Shown in pieces: positions 50,030 through 64,000 of a stretch of 64,000 bases of DNA (position 1 is its first letter; each line of letters starts with the position of its first letter). Source of the stretch: Octopus vulgaris. Taxonomy: Eukaryota. The stretch spans positions 103,602,001-103,666,000 of the forward strand of contig OX597820.1 of assembly GCA_951406725.2 (NCBI GenBank), read 5' to 3'. Under the pieces are notes generated by a model. That model was not told the DNA's origin, made no database searches, and saw nothing but the letters and a program-made list of their open reading frames with translations. A program made the position numbers and the translations under genes.

Positions 50030-52685
50030 TATATCAGTATATATGTGTGAGTGTGTGTGTGTGTGTCTATCTATCTGTTTGTCTGTATTTAATCAACAAC
50101 TCGACATAGTTCGACAAAATATATTTTGGTTCACCCAGCTTATAGACTTTTAATTTTGACTTCTTTATTATAAGTAACCTCACCATGTTCTGATGAACTT
50201 GTCCCACCCAGAATAGATATATAAGTATGTATGTATTTATGTATGTATGTATGTATGTATGTATGTATGTATGTATGTATGTATGTATGTATGTATGTAT
50301 GTATGTATGTATGTATGTATGTATGCATGTGTGTACTAGCTTAAAAGACAGGGTGGCTTTTAAGCTAGTGTATAACCCTAACCCTAACTGACTCAATGTG
50401 TCACACTATTTCAACTTTACTCCTAGGGGCCGTAGCCCAACATATACCATTTTGGAATCTGGCTTACTCTATGAGTAAATTAAAAACATTCCGTACCGAA
50501 ACCTGAAATTTTGGATTCCCAAGTTCGACTAAAACCCTTCAAGGCGGTACTCCAGTATGGCCGCAGAGAAATGAGTGAAGCAAGTAAAAGAATAAAAGAA
50601 TGTGCATGCATCTGTATGTGTACATATACATATCACCGTGATCACTGTGACCGACCAGGCTATCAGATGTTGCTACACATCGCTGGTCACTATGCGCTTC
50701 GCATTGCTTTAGCCTTCAAATGACGCCACCCCACATTAAAGTGAAGTGTTCATCGTGTAAATTCTTCGATATTTCTAAGTCATTTCATGAATGAACGGCT
50801 CTCAAAAACAATTCACATCATATGCATATCTGAAACGATGTCAATTCCGAAGATTTCCTTGTTGATGGCAATTGCTTGACAAACCATTTGATTATTGCTA
50901 TGAGCCAGCCATGGGTCAAGATCGAAACCTCATACTGGGTTTCATTTAACTTTGTTCTTCATGTTCTATCAATGCCAGCATTCTTCTGTTACCAATGAAG
51001 GGAAGTTAGAAATATTGAATAGCAATTGACTTTTGAAAGAAACATACCAATATACACTCTATATTATTTAGCCAACCTCAAACCAATCCCTTTTCGTATC
51101 ACCATGAAAGTTCCAAAGCGAAGCTTTCCTCTCTGTGTGCTCATGTGAAAAGCCGTTCGGTCGTTCACAAAATTCACACAGTTTGAATTTTAGGATCTGA
51201 ATTTTTTCTTCGTCTCTCCAAATAGTTTCTGTCCTTATACTCAACCTTAATTAGTAATGTCATAATCCATGTAACTTTGTTTTACTCTGTCAGACCACAA
51301 TTTTTATTGCTTCTTACTATTTTCAACATTTCACGTTTTAAATAAGTCAATAGTTTCAACATGTGTTCATCGTTTTATGAATGCTTATATGGAACTTTCT
51401 GCGTATATCTATGTACATGCATGTGTTGATTTTTCTGTACAGGTTGAGTTCTTATGTATAAACGTGTTTCGTTTGTACGTATTGCACTTCTTGTTATGTA
51501 TTGAGACGTTCGGCGTATAAATACAGAGTCACTACAAACGCAAATACATATGGCATATTATTACTATAAGAAGGATACTTAACTCTTTAACACAAAGCTC
51601 CTTTCTTTGTTATATTTTATTTTCAATTTAATCACTTTGAAATTTCATCGAATGCATACATTTTTCGATCATTTTTATGGCTCTCACGGACAAAATTTTC
51701 TTCATATATTCTCATAATATGATTTCTGATCATTGCCATTATATATTTCGTTTTGTAGTTAACGATTTGCATTTTTAATACTTTTCAATGTTTTGTTTCT
51801 GATTTAACTGTATGCATGCTTTATTCTATAAACGTTATGGTTCACACGGCCTTTCACCATACATGCGAATTTTTCTGTATGCATTTATTATATTTTATAG
51901 TTATGATTTTTTTCTAGTCATTGTAATCATTCTCATCTACACCTACTACATTTCGATCTATACTTTCATGGAATTTCTTTGAAATCAGACATTTCAGCAA
52001 ACAAGGTCAAACGGGTTTCTTTCAATAGCCAATCAAAACTTGCTATCAATTTTGTTTATTTTAAGCGCGATTATTTGTATGTGTATGTGTATGTATGTAT
52101 GTATGTGTGTGAGTGTGTATGTGTGTGTGTGTATATATGTGTGTGAGTGTGTATGTGTGTGTATATATGTCTGTGAGTGTGTATCTGTGGGAGTGTGTAA
52201 ACATATATATATATATATAAACACATACATATATGTATATATGTATGTATTTGTGTATGTATACATAGATATATACACATAATTATATATAAAAGATATT
52301 TAATACTAAATAGACCCTGTTTATACGAAGTTTCGACGCCAAAACTGGTTTCTCAATTTTTTTTGAAAAGTCAGTTTTAACGGGGAAACTCCAAAGTATG
52401 TATTTATGCATGTATATATGCACACGCACACACACGCTCGCGCGCATTCATATATTTGTACATATATTTGTATACATGTATACATATATATGGCTTGGTC
52501 TCACGTATGCCACCCTGCGTGCGTGTGTGCGTTACTTAGCGGTTCGGCAAAAGAGACCGATAGAATAAGTACTGGGCTTACAAAAGAATAAGTCCCGGGG
52601 TCGAGTTGCTCGACTAAAGGCGGTGCTCCAGCATGGCCGCAGTCAAATGACTGAAACAAGTAAAAGAGTAAAAGAGAGTAAAGAG

Positions 52686-52756
<71 letters not shown>

Positions 52757-52813
52757 AGACCCCTTAAAGAGAGTAAAGAGTATATATACTATATATATAT
52801 ATATATATATATA

Positions 52814-52880
<67 letters not shown>

Positions 52881-52882
<2 letters not shown>

Positions 52883-53200
52883 AGACCCCCTTCGGTCATG
52901 ACTGAAGGATTGCATGACCGTGGGATTGCACCTAGAAAGTTACCCTCCCGGGCAAGGTTGTTTATGGAAGACCAGCAGTCGTCCATGCATACCGGCCTCC
53001 CCTCTCCGCGCCACCGGTGTCATCCAAGAGAAAGGCAACAGGAGATACAGCTTGGCACCTCATTTCTACAGCTGAGTGAACTGGAGCAACGGGAAATAAA
53101 GTGTCTTGCTCAAGAACACAGCACGCAGCCCGGTCCGGGATTCGAACTCACAATCTCCGATCGTAAGCTCGACGCTCTAACCACTGAGCCATGCGCCTTC
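52881..53200 (-). mobile_element. Second copy of the young 320-bp SINE, inverted
   Basis: About 7 differences by eye relative to 49649-49968. Confidence 0.9.
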
Positions 53201-53416
53201 ACACACACACACACACGCACACACGCACTTATTCTATCAGTCTTTTTTGCCGAATCGCTTTGTCACCTCGACGTAAACAAACCAACATTGGTTGTCAAGG
53301 TATGAGAATGGTCAAATACAAACACAAAGAGACACACATATCTACATACATAACACGGCTGCAGTCAAATGACTGAAACAAGTAAAATAATAAAATAATA
53401 CATACATACATACATA

Positions 53417-55114
53417 CCGTGTTTCCCCGAAAATAAGACCTACTCCGAAAATAAGCCCTACCATGATTTTTCAGGATGTTCTTAATATAAGCCTTACCCC
53501 GAAAATAAGGCCTAGTCAAAAATGCATCAGCTTGTTAACAAGACCATGTGATGTTTGCAAAATAAACCAATAAACATAGCTTGGCTAAAGTAGTTGACTC
53601 ACTTGTTCTCCAGGTAAGATGAGTGCAAAAAGAAATAGTTATTCCGTGGAGTACAAGAAAGGAATTGTGGAAGAGTCATGACAAGAATCTTACGGCTTTC
53701 TGTAAGATGTTGGGTCACCGAGTGGTTCGAAAATGGTGAGCAGAGTACGATAGTTTCAGCAGACAGGTGGATGAGGGAAGTGCTATGAAGCACAAGTGTG
53801 GATCAAGTAGACAACCGTTATTTTCGGAGCTGGAACATATTACCTCAAGATGGATTGCTGATAGAAGTACAAAGGCTTTGGTTCTACGCAGGGCTGATAT
53901 TCAAGAATTTTCTCTTGCAATGGCACCACATTTGGGTATATACCCGCAGAGATATTCAAAGCATTACCTCATTGGTTGGATAACTTCCTTCGGCGATATG
54001 AGCTCTCTCTAAGAAGATCGACAAAACTGTTCAAGCTGGAGGATGCTGAAGTGATTCAACGTGCACTTGCATTCAAGTCCTTCATTGATGGCATCGACTT
54101 TTCTAAATACAATCTCTCCAATACAATTGCTATGGATGAGACTGCAGTATTTATGGGCCAAGGATCTAAAACGACAATTAAACAGACAGGTGCCTCGTCA
54201 ATCTACGTTGCCTCAACGTGTTACGAAAGTGCAAGAGTTACTTGTATTTTAGCAATTCGTCTTGATGGAACAAAAGTCCCACCGCTTATCATAATAAATG
54301 GCCAAGAAGGGAAAATAGAACGAGTTTTGGGTATTCATATCCTTGAAATGGAAAAGGCTTGGTGCACACAATAAGAAAATGGGTTGATTTAACTATGTCA
54401 CTTGTTTTACGTGGTTTTCAAAGAGGTCTTTTAGTCTGAGATTCAGCCAGTACTAATCGCGCAAAAGATATGAAAATCTTCCTTTCTGAAAGAAAAATTG
54501 ACCACATAATGATTCCTGCGGGAATAGCTCCATATCTACAAACATTAGATCTTGTAATAAACAAGCCCGTCAAAGATTATTTGCGGATGGAAGTGAATAA
54601 ATATATCGAACATAGAATGGAGAGAAATCAGCGTGGAAACTTTGTCAAACCCAATCTCCAGGAAGTCTTGAATTCGGTGAAGAATTCATGGAATAAAATT
54701 ACCGACAGTTGCGTTGCCAATGCACTATGAACAGGGTACTTGAACAAAAAGTGTTCATTTAAGGAAAGTTATATTGCCAAACATGAGAGATTTGGGTCCA
54801 TGATTCTACAGGAAATGGGTTTGCAAGAAATTCAGTTTGTAGTTGGGGTTTGATGATTTGTAACGATATTCCAGAAGAAGACGAAATGATTGTACTTGAC
54901 TAAAAATAATAAGCAAATAAATAAACTTTTGATAACTAAAAACATGGGTTTCCTTTTTATAATTCTTTTTTCTTTTACACGAGGACATGAGACTTTTTTG
55001 TCTTTCTTGGATATTTTCCGCAAAAATATAAGACATCTCCCGAAAATAAGTCCTAGTGCGTTTTTTGGATGCAAAATTAATATAAGACCGGATCTTATTT
55101 TCGGAGAAACACGG
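53417..55114 (+). mobile_element. Full-length defective Tc2/pogo-family DNA transposon, 1.7 kb
   Basis: TIRs CCGTGTTT(C/T)CCGAAAATAAGA with TA TSD and subterminal CCGAAAATAAG repeats; broken CENP-B-HTH/DDE_1 transposase (IAMDETAV, LQTLDLVINKPVKD). Confidence 0.93.
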
Positions 55115-55189
55115 TATATTAGAAACACACAGATACACATGTATATATATATGTATATATATGTACATATATGTGTGTGTGTGTATTTT

Positions 55190-56870
55190 CCGAGTTACAG
55201 CTCAAAGGCTGTGATCTTGCTGGGGCACCGCCACCTGTTGTTGCTAACCCTTCATTAATTCTTTAATAGTTAGTATTTGTTGAATGAAGGAGCTTGATAC
55301 TGGTGCCTTCATTTCTTCTTCCTGTCGTGAAGTTGGCTTCTCTGGGATTCTTGACAATAGATGATCCAGTTTAATTTTGAAGATATCTGCCTCCACACCA
55401 TGTAGGTCTCACAGATCCTTCGATAGGATATTGAAGAGCAGTGGGTCCTTGAACACCAAGCTATTGCAGTGCCTGGTCTTGCATTTTGACGGCAGAGGAA
55501 GGATTTTAGACATTATGCAATTGTTCCCTATTTTGGCGTTTGTATAACTTCCGACACCAATGTTTGAGACAAGTGCTTTCAGGATCTCCGGGTGGATATT
55601 GCTATTGATCTTTCCCGCCTTCGTTCCACAGAATAAAATCTTAACCTCTTGAGTTTTTCCCAGTAGCTAATTTGTTGCATTGAGGATATCTCTTTCATGT
55701 GGTTTCGTTGGGGCGCTTTGAGTTCTGCTATTAATTTCACACTGTGTGGTGACCATAGTTGGGAGTAATAGTCAAGACAGCTTAGGATAAATATCCTCCA
55801 GAGTATAGTGATTTCCTGTACCTTTGTTCTGGAAGTTCTAAGAATTCATTCGATCAACCGCCTGTTTTTCTTACCATCTTAATAATATGCACATGGAAGG
55901 ATGCATCACTACTCATATTAATGTCCAGGTTACCGACTGATTGTGATTCTGGAACTGCGATCCTTCCAACTCCTGTGTATTTTGTCTGTATTGCATTTAA
56001 CGTTGTCTGCTGATAGCGTAAAGCTTGGAAACCTTCCAGTATTAAAATACGTATTATTGTTGTCAGCCCACGTATATATTGCATCTAACTTTTGTTTTAG
56101 GTGCATGCCATCTTCAGGATTTTGTATTACTTGGGAAAAGTTTGTACCATATGCATAGATTGTGATGGTAGCTGAGTGGATGAGGGCATATCTGAGAGGG
56201 CCACGATAAAAAGGTAGTGGCCCCAAGAGAGTACCCTGTGGCACACCACTCATCATTTGTGTTTCCTTGGAGATAACCACGTTGGCTACTGCTACCTGAT
56301 TTCTATCTTGCAGAAAATTATATAGCCACTCTCCAAATATGCCGAAATCATGCCGTTTGTGACATATAATTCCATGATCGACTTTATTGAATACTGTTTC
56401 AATACCCAGTGATAGTGTTGTTAGAGCTGTGTCAGGTAGCTTCTTCCTGGTCGGAAAACATGCCAGATGTCAGTCAGCAAGTGATTTTCTTCCAGGAACA
56501 TTATTAGTTTCCTTCGGGCTCTCCGTCCCACAACTATGCTGATACGCAACGTCCGAGGGATAGGTTTATAGTCTTTGGCATCCACGCTGCTGCTTCCTTC
56601 AACCTGCACGGAAGTTTGTCAGGTTTGGTGAGTTGCATGTGCTGTAAGTGTGAGGGGAAAGCACTTTTCAATTGATCATTCAGTGTTTCATTATACTCAT
56701 TGGGTTTCCTGTGAGGAAACCATCTTTTTGGAGAAGTGGCCCTACTCTGTAGGCAGTTTTTTCTGGCAAAATTACAGAAAGTTTTAGGCTTTGATTTTAT
56801 ATTTTCTGAAACTTAGGCTTCTTTGTCTGTTCTCTCTTTTTCATAGAAGTGTTTCAGATTTTTCTCAATC
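55190..56870 (-). mobile_element. Decayed CR1-like LINE (RT region to 3' end)
   Basis: YKPI, FRPGRSxLTQL and SGVPQGTLLGPLxF motifs in broken frames; 3' tail at 55190-55240. Confidence 0.85.
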
Positions 56871-57689
56871 TCCATCAGTTTCGTTTTAAGATGGAATTTT
56901 CACTGCCGTCAACGAAATTTAACAGTTCGGCAATAAAAGACCGTTTGAATAAGTACCAGTCTTGGAAAAAAAAGTACCAGGATCGATTTGTTCGAATAAA
57001 CCCTTCAAAGCGTTGCCCCAATACGACCGCAATCTAATGACTGAAACAAAAGTTAAAAGTTAGAATTTAAAGTCTGGAGCCATGTTCCGTAACCAGGACC
57101 TTTCTTGTTTTTTTCTGCCGTAAGCAGCCTGATTAAAAGTACATTGTGAGAGGCCTGATGGTGGGTTCATAAAATTGCTCCAGGTGGCTGATCATGAATT
57201 TTAATCACATTTATTTTATTGCAATTGTTTCACGTAGTTGAATATCAATTTACAAGTGTTCTCACAAGCTGCGTTACTCACTACAACTCTTCTGTGTCAA
57301 ACCGATACGCATAAATACATACATATATGTCACTAAGCGCTTCTTTTTTAGGCTGAGACGTTCGCTTTGTAACAAATTTGTAACGATGTTGGCCCCACTG
57401 CGTGGTACATTGGGAGAAGCATCTTCCAGCATAGCCTCGGTTGGATCGATGTCCTTTGTGAGTGAAGTTTGATGAAAGAAAACACACACACACACACACA
57501 CATGTATATATGTATGCATGTATGCATGCATGTAGTGTCATATATATATATGTGTGTATGTGTGTGTGGTGTGTAATATGCAAGACACATTTTATTACAA
57601 ATGCGTACTAGCAATAAGAGATACATTGCGGTAAGAAGCTATTTATTTCAAGGAGCAAATTCTTATATAAGTACTAAGATATTCCCGAT

Positions 57690-59470
57690 TATGCAAGGCG
57701 CTTTTATAATAACGCAACCAATGTAACCATACAGTCATATGCACCATGTGTGAAACTATCTCTCGCTCCTTCAAACAATTAAGGTCACGATCGATCCTTG
57801 ACAACGTACTTCCTATTGCCTACAATATCCCAGAAGTAGTCCCCTAACCTCATCAAACTCTTCAATTTCTCTCTCTCTCTCCCTCCCCTTCTCTCCCTCC
57901 TTCTATTTCCTTCTCTCTCCATCTCTCTCTCGCTCTCGGGATATACCCCAATCTTCGGAAATGTACTACAGTGTACCCTATTTCCAAGAAGGGAATCTCT
58001 CATACTCTGAAACCAATCGTCTCATCGCTTTCACTTCCAACCACTCAACAATGTTGGAGACAGCCATTAATGACAACTTGTTCTAACACATTAAATCACT
58101 TGGTGACCACCTGTGCGGCTTTCGTATTATTAAATCTACTCACAACCTATTGAATATAGGTTCTTGCATTCAAAGGTTTCACACTCTCTCGTTATTATTG
58201 TCGTTGCCTGCTCCAAGTCAGTAGATCCATTATCAAAGGCATTTCAACCGCTACTATTTTAACTTTATCCGTTTCTTAAGTTCACATTATTAAATATATC
58301 TTTGTTTAAAGTGTTAAGGAGGGATTTGAAGGAAGGAGATTAGATTGTTAGTTCTTGCAGGTCAAGGATCCCTCATGGTAGAAGAGTCGGTAGTTCGTCA
58401 GCCTCATAATCCATCTCTTGGACCGATTGAATCTATCCATATCACGCAATTACTGCATGTGCTGATGGATTTTTTTCAGGCTCGTTCTATCAAATCTGGT
58501 ATGCACCAAAATTCGATCTTGTCATATAAACTCTTCCTCCTGTACATCACCTACCGGCTTGCAGTCACTTCTAACAATGGGCACTTCTAGAGATGATATA
58601 ACCATTAATTCTTCCCTAACCTTTCATATCCAAGGGTCATGTGCATGCAACCTATACACCTCATGAAGAGTTTGCACCGATTCTATAAATAAAGACTTCA
58701 AAAACATCCTACAATGTGGCTTTGTCAATTATGGCTCCATCCACAGCGAAACGATACAGTTATTACTTATGTCAAGGAAACATTATCACACCTTGCTTAC
58801 CCCTACTCCCACGCTATGCATGAACAGCAAGCAACACGAACCTACAGGATCACTACTGTACAAATACTAGATCTCACTATAGCTGAGAATCTCTCCTGTT
58901 GAGCACATGCATCTTCAACATAGCAAAGACCTCATCACAGACACAATGGCTGGTCTACCATTTCACAGCTAGAAAATAACTAACAATTACTAACATAACA
59001 ACAGTTACCTATCAACCGTCTACAACATTCCAGTGAGACTCCACTTATAGTATGGTATTGCTGTTACATACACAAACAGTCTAGGCTACAACTAAAGAAA
59101 TGACTGGAATAAAGTCGCTCATCAACACACTATAATCTTGGTGCACAAACTTTTGTTTCCATCATCATTTTTCTACTTATACTAAAGTGACAACCTCTCC
59201 GAAGAGCTTTTTGGTCTCGTTCCAATTCCAGTCACGCTCGCTTGACTCATTTGTCTCTCTTCCACAAGTCATCCATATTGGCTCTCTCCCCTTAACTCTC
59301 AAATTACCTATTGATCCCAGTGTTTCCTACCATGAAGATCGACTCTCTATAATTCTGTTCATTTATTTCTCTTGAAACGCTGACTTGTAAATGAATAGGA
59401 GAAACGATAACGGCATCGATTTCATCGGTCTTGGAGGATCTGCGAAGGTCACAAGTCCCTTCCCCCAAAA
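57690..59470 (+). mobile_element. Decayed CR1/Jockey-group LINE
   Basis: KCTTVYPISKKG and SGMHQNSILSYKLFLLYI (degenerate GVPQGSxLSPxLFxxYI). Confidence 0.7.
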
Positions 59471-60062
59471 CAGATCAATGAAGAATTCCGTTAGAATTGT
59501 TATTCTACCTGCGTAGACATACACTAGTTTTCTCTTATTCATAAGTTTGAAGTAGTTGTGGTCCCCTGTCTTTAACTTCGTAGAGTTCCAAGTACATTAA
59601 ATTGTTTCATCATGGTTCTTTGCCCTTAGTTGTGTCGTCTTCATAATGGTTGCCCAGCTTTATCTATATTAAGCTCCAGGAACATCGATTGATTTCACAA
59701 TGGTCCTCTGCCGTCATTTGTGTTGAGCTTCAGTAATATTAATTGGCTTGGCATTGGTTCCCGCCCTCAACTGCATTGGGCTCCGGGATCTTTGGTTGCA
59801 CTTGTGGAAATTTTAAATTTATATTTCTTTTATTTCTTTTACTTGTTTCAGTCATTTGACTGAGGCCATGCTGGATCACTGCCTTTAGTCGAAGAAATCA
59901 ACCCCAGGACTTACTCTAGCGGTCTCTTTTGCCGAAGCGTTAAGTTACGGGTACGTAAACACACACCAACATCGATTGTCAAGTGATGGTGGGGTGACAA
60001 ACACAGGCACAAATACACACATACATACATATATATATGTGTGTATATATATATATATACAC

Positions 60063-60110
<48 letters not shown>

Positions 60111-60350
60111 ACCGACCAGACCATCAGATGTTGCTACACATGGCGAAAATTAATTTCATGTCAATGATTATCATACAAAAAGGCGTAGAAGTGGCTGTGT
60201 GGTAAGTAGCTTGCCATATGACTCCGGGTTCAGTCCCACTGCGTGACACCTTGGGCAAGTGTCTTCTACTATAGCCTCGGACCAACCAAAGCCTTGTGAG
60301 TGGATTTGGTAGACGGAAACTGAAAGAAGCCTGTCATATGTATGTATGTG

Positions 60351-60429
<79 letters not shown>

Positions 60430-60930
60430 GAGTGTGTGTATATGTTTGTATGTCTGTGTCCCCCCCCCCAACATCGCTTGACAACCGATGCTGGTGTATT
60501 TAAGTCTCCGTAACTTAGCGGTTCGGCAAAAGAGACCGATGGAATAAGTTCTGGGGTCGATTTGCTCGACTAAAGGCGATGCTCCAGCATGGCTACAATC
60601 AAATGACTGAAACATGTAAAAGAGTAAAAGAGTAAAAGAGTAAAGAGAGTATACACCAAACATGAAATCAATTGGAACAGGAATTGAAGAAATTGAAAAG
60701 TGGCAGCCAAACTGAAAACATTCGAGATCCAGAGACAATGATTGTTTCGAGAGTAGGTCTAGGTTTTACATCTAGTGAAGTGACATTCTTTCCTAAAAGC
60801 AGACTAGCTGCGTACCATCTCCACACGCATTCTTCCGAGTCACTCGTTTCTCTTCCTCAAGTCTCCCTGCTCAGGGTAGCAAGCTACCTATTACGCCCAG
60901 TCATTTCTAATCTGAAGGTCGACTCTAGAG

Positions 60931-61132
60931 CAGTGCTTTTCAAACTTTTTGCTGGAGCGGAACCCCAAGGAAGCATTCCACTGGCTCGAGGAACCCCTGT
61001 GCAATAATTTAATAGTCTTATGCACACATATCTGCACAGGAGAATTAAAAATTACTATCGATTTTAGCAGTTTTGGTAACTTCTTGCGAAAACCCTGGAC
61101 TGTACTGGCGGAACCCTGGTTGAAAACCACTG
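60931..61132. mobile_element. hAT (Charlie-type) MITE, 202 bp
   Basis: Termini CAGTG(C/G)TTTTCAA and a perfect 8-bp TSD CTCTAGAG (60923-60930, 61133-61140). Confidence 0.93.
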
Positions 61133-61969
61133 CTCTAGAGTGTTCTCCTTCATATATTTCTTCTGCAAACGTTGACTTCGAAAGAAATGTCATATACACT
61201 ATCTTCATAGGTTTCGGGTGGGGTACGCAACTAACATACCTATACGTGTACAATATTGTATGTACACTACTTGAGCAAGTATGTTGAAATCGTTGCTTTG
61301 CTGAATGGGTTTAATAGCAACAAAACATTTCCATTGTTGACGAAATAATTATATTTTTTAGTCATTAAATTAATGTTATCCAATTTTTTTAATGTTCACT
61401 GCATTCAATTTATCAATATATAAGAAGGCCCTTCTGGTTACCTGACGCAACATGTCGACCGAATAATTTGCCGCTTTATTCATTTATTTATTTATATTAC
61501 TGAAAATATATCTGTGTATTGATTTATATTTTGTTCTATCTAACTGTCAATGCTTTACTATATTTTTTGTTTATTTATCTAGGACTATCATCACACATGA
61601 CTGAGTAGCACTGCATACATTTATGGGAAATCGACACGTCACATTAATACTACTCGTCCCCTTCAAACTAGCATTACTCACCGCCCTCAATACAAGAAAT
61701 AAAGACATATTCAGATCATTCTGAAAGTCAATTATTTCAAACGTTTGAACTTTTCGACCGACTGTGGTCAATGAAATAACTACTAGCCATCTGATAAATT
61801 CGATTTAGCGGTAAATAGAATGAATCGTTAGCGCGTCGAACAAAATGCTGTATAGTACTTGTTCCAGTATTTTACGTCTTGGTTTCAAATTCTGCCCATG
61901 CCATTGTCATCTTTGCTATTCATCTTTTCGAAATAGATAGAATGGTATAATAAGGAAATAGTAAAATAA

Positions 61970-62555
61970 TTCTTGCTACTATTGGCTTGAAATTTGAGTA
62001 GGGGGAGTTAATTGATTTTATCTAACCCAGTGTTTAACTGGTATTTTATTTTATCGACCCTGGATGAAGGGCAAAGTGGACCTCGGTGAGATTTGAGTTA
62101 AGAACGTAATGAGTCGGAAGAAAAGCTGCAAAGCATTTTGTCCGGCATGCTAACGATTCTCTTTTAACTCTAGGCACAAGGCCCGAAATTTGGGGGGAGA
62201 GGACAGTTGATTAGATCGATCCCAGCAACTGGTACTTAATTTATCGACCTCGAAAGGATGAAATGCAAAGTCGACCTCGGCGGAATTTGAACTCAGAACG
62301 TTGCGGCAGACGTAATACCTATTTCTTTACTACCCACAAGGGGCTAAACAGAGAGGGGACAAACAAGGACAGACAAACGGATTAAGTCAATTACATGGAC
62401 CCCAGTGCGTAACTGGTACTTAATTTATCGACCCCGAAAGGATGAAAAGCAGAGTCGACCTCGGCGGAATTTGAACTGAGAACGTAACGGCAGACGAAAT
62501 ACCGCTACGCATTTCGCCCGGCGTGCTAACTTTTCTGCCAGCTCGCAGCCTTAGC
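61970..62555 (-). mobile_element. Monomer plus dimer array of the tRNA-headed SINE
   Basis: Same family as 31537-31930; near-intact head ending CCAGCTCGCAGCC. Confidence 0.85.
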
Positions 62556-64000
62556 GAAATAGGAAAATAGTATTTAAAAAATGTACCCAAACTAGTAAGT
62601 ATTGGGTTGCCACCCTATCTTCCTCCAGCTTTTGCATTTTGGGCGTTCTGCTGGGTTATGTAAGACAGCGTAGGTGGAGAGGGTGTCCATGTTTGCGACG
62701 AAACTGGAACCTAAAAAGCACCAGGGAAATGTATGGTGCATACAGAGTCTGGAACAACTGCGTGTGACAGCCGCATTACACCTTCATTATGAATGTTGGT
62801 AGAATCATTAGCACGTCGGATAAAATGCTTAATGACATCCCTTCCGGCTCTTTACATTCTGTATGAAAATGCCGCCAAGATTAACTTCGCTTTTCATCCT
62901 CTCAAGGTCGATAAAATGAATAACCAGACCAGCACTGGGGTCGATGTTATAGACTTAACCCCTCCCCTAAAAACCATTATGAATATAAGGCATTGTGTGA
63001 CCTTGTAACAAATTGATTTATAATTATGAGAGTCGGTTTATTGTTGTTGTTTAACACTAGGTTAGACCCCCAACAAGCATGGCACGATAATATCATTTTT
63101 TCTTTTATATTTTAGACATAGTTTATCAAGGACTATATTATCCGATGTCTTCGTTTTAAGAGAGTATGGTAATTTGAAGGAAATTAGGCTGCTATTTCTG
63201 ACGTATCGAATGGCCACAAAAAGGTACTTGCTGGATTCATAAGATTCTCGATGATAAATACAGTAAAGGACTCCCGCAAAATCAACACAATATTCTGTAA
63301 CGTCCCAATGGTTTGCTTTGAAGTAATGCAAACAGTGATGTATTTGAAGCTAGCCTACTGTACTATTAATTTTTATATTTTACGTCTAATTATTTCTTTG
63401 TATAATAGTACTCACTTGCTTAGTAAATATTGCTTTCATTATTTTATCACAGTCATAATCTCTCTTTTTTTAAACAAACATCACGGTAGTCCAACAACAG
63501 AGCGAGAAGCAGCTTGTCAAGTTTTACCTTCCCCTCAAAGCAACATAGAGATTTCAATTCAGCATCCCATCTGTAAGCTTTGCAGTGTATGTGAGAGAGG
63601 AAGAACACTGCAAGCAATGACTGAAATAAGCATGAAATGAAAAAATCGTATAAATGAAAGGGCACTATTTCTGATGTATACGCCCTCGACTTTGTTGCCC
63701 CTTAACGTCCAGAAAAATGGATACTTTTTAACAAAATTTTCTATAAATACTGCTTAGATGTTGTGGCTTCAGAGTATATAGGGATCTATGGGAAAGAATT
63801 TTTTCAAGGGGGTGGAGAGAGGAGTTTCAGAAAATTCATTCGATCTGACTTTTTTCCCTCATAACTTTCAGGAAGATAGATATCTTTTTACTAAAATTTA
63901 TACAAATACCTTTCAAACGGCATAGATTACGATTATAAAGAAATTTGTGGGGAAAACTTTTTCGGGGATTTATCCCCATTTTTTTAAAACCACAGCCTTC

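Overview
AT-rich, microsatellite- and repeat-dense metazoan DNA; the SINE repertoire is typical of octopus (cephalopod). The only host gene I can support is the 5' part of ERGIC2 on the minus strand: five coding exons with canonical GT-AG sites and consistent phases, 21605 down to 6388, continuing off the left edge, plus a probable non-coding first exon near 27.3-27.4 kb. The rest is SINEs, decayed LINEs (CR1/Jockey-like, RTE, R4/Dong), DNA transposons (mariner, Tc2/pogo, hAT and Tc2 MITEs, a Helitron) and Penelope-like (PLE) fragments. The most notable signal is a dense set of hammerhead-ribozyme (HHR) motifs in short non-coding PLE-associated elements. These include a tRNA-headed SINE with an HHR tail, an inverted 5' duplication and a TSD (33.3-33.8 kb); a family whose HHR strands are in non-circularly permuted order (best copy 32.04-32.12 kb); several inverted HHR-bearing foldbacks; and an intact-core HHR in sense orientation inside an ERGIC2 intron. 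All structures were folded by eye; most copies are degenerate and no activity is demonstrated.
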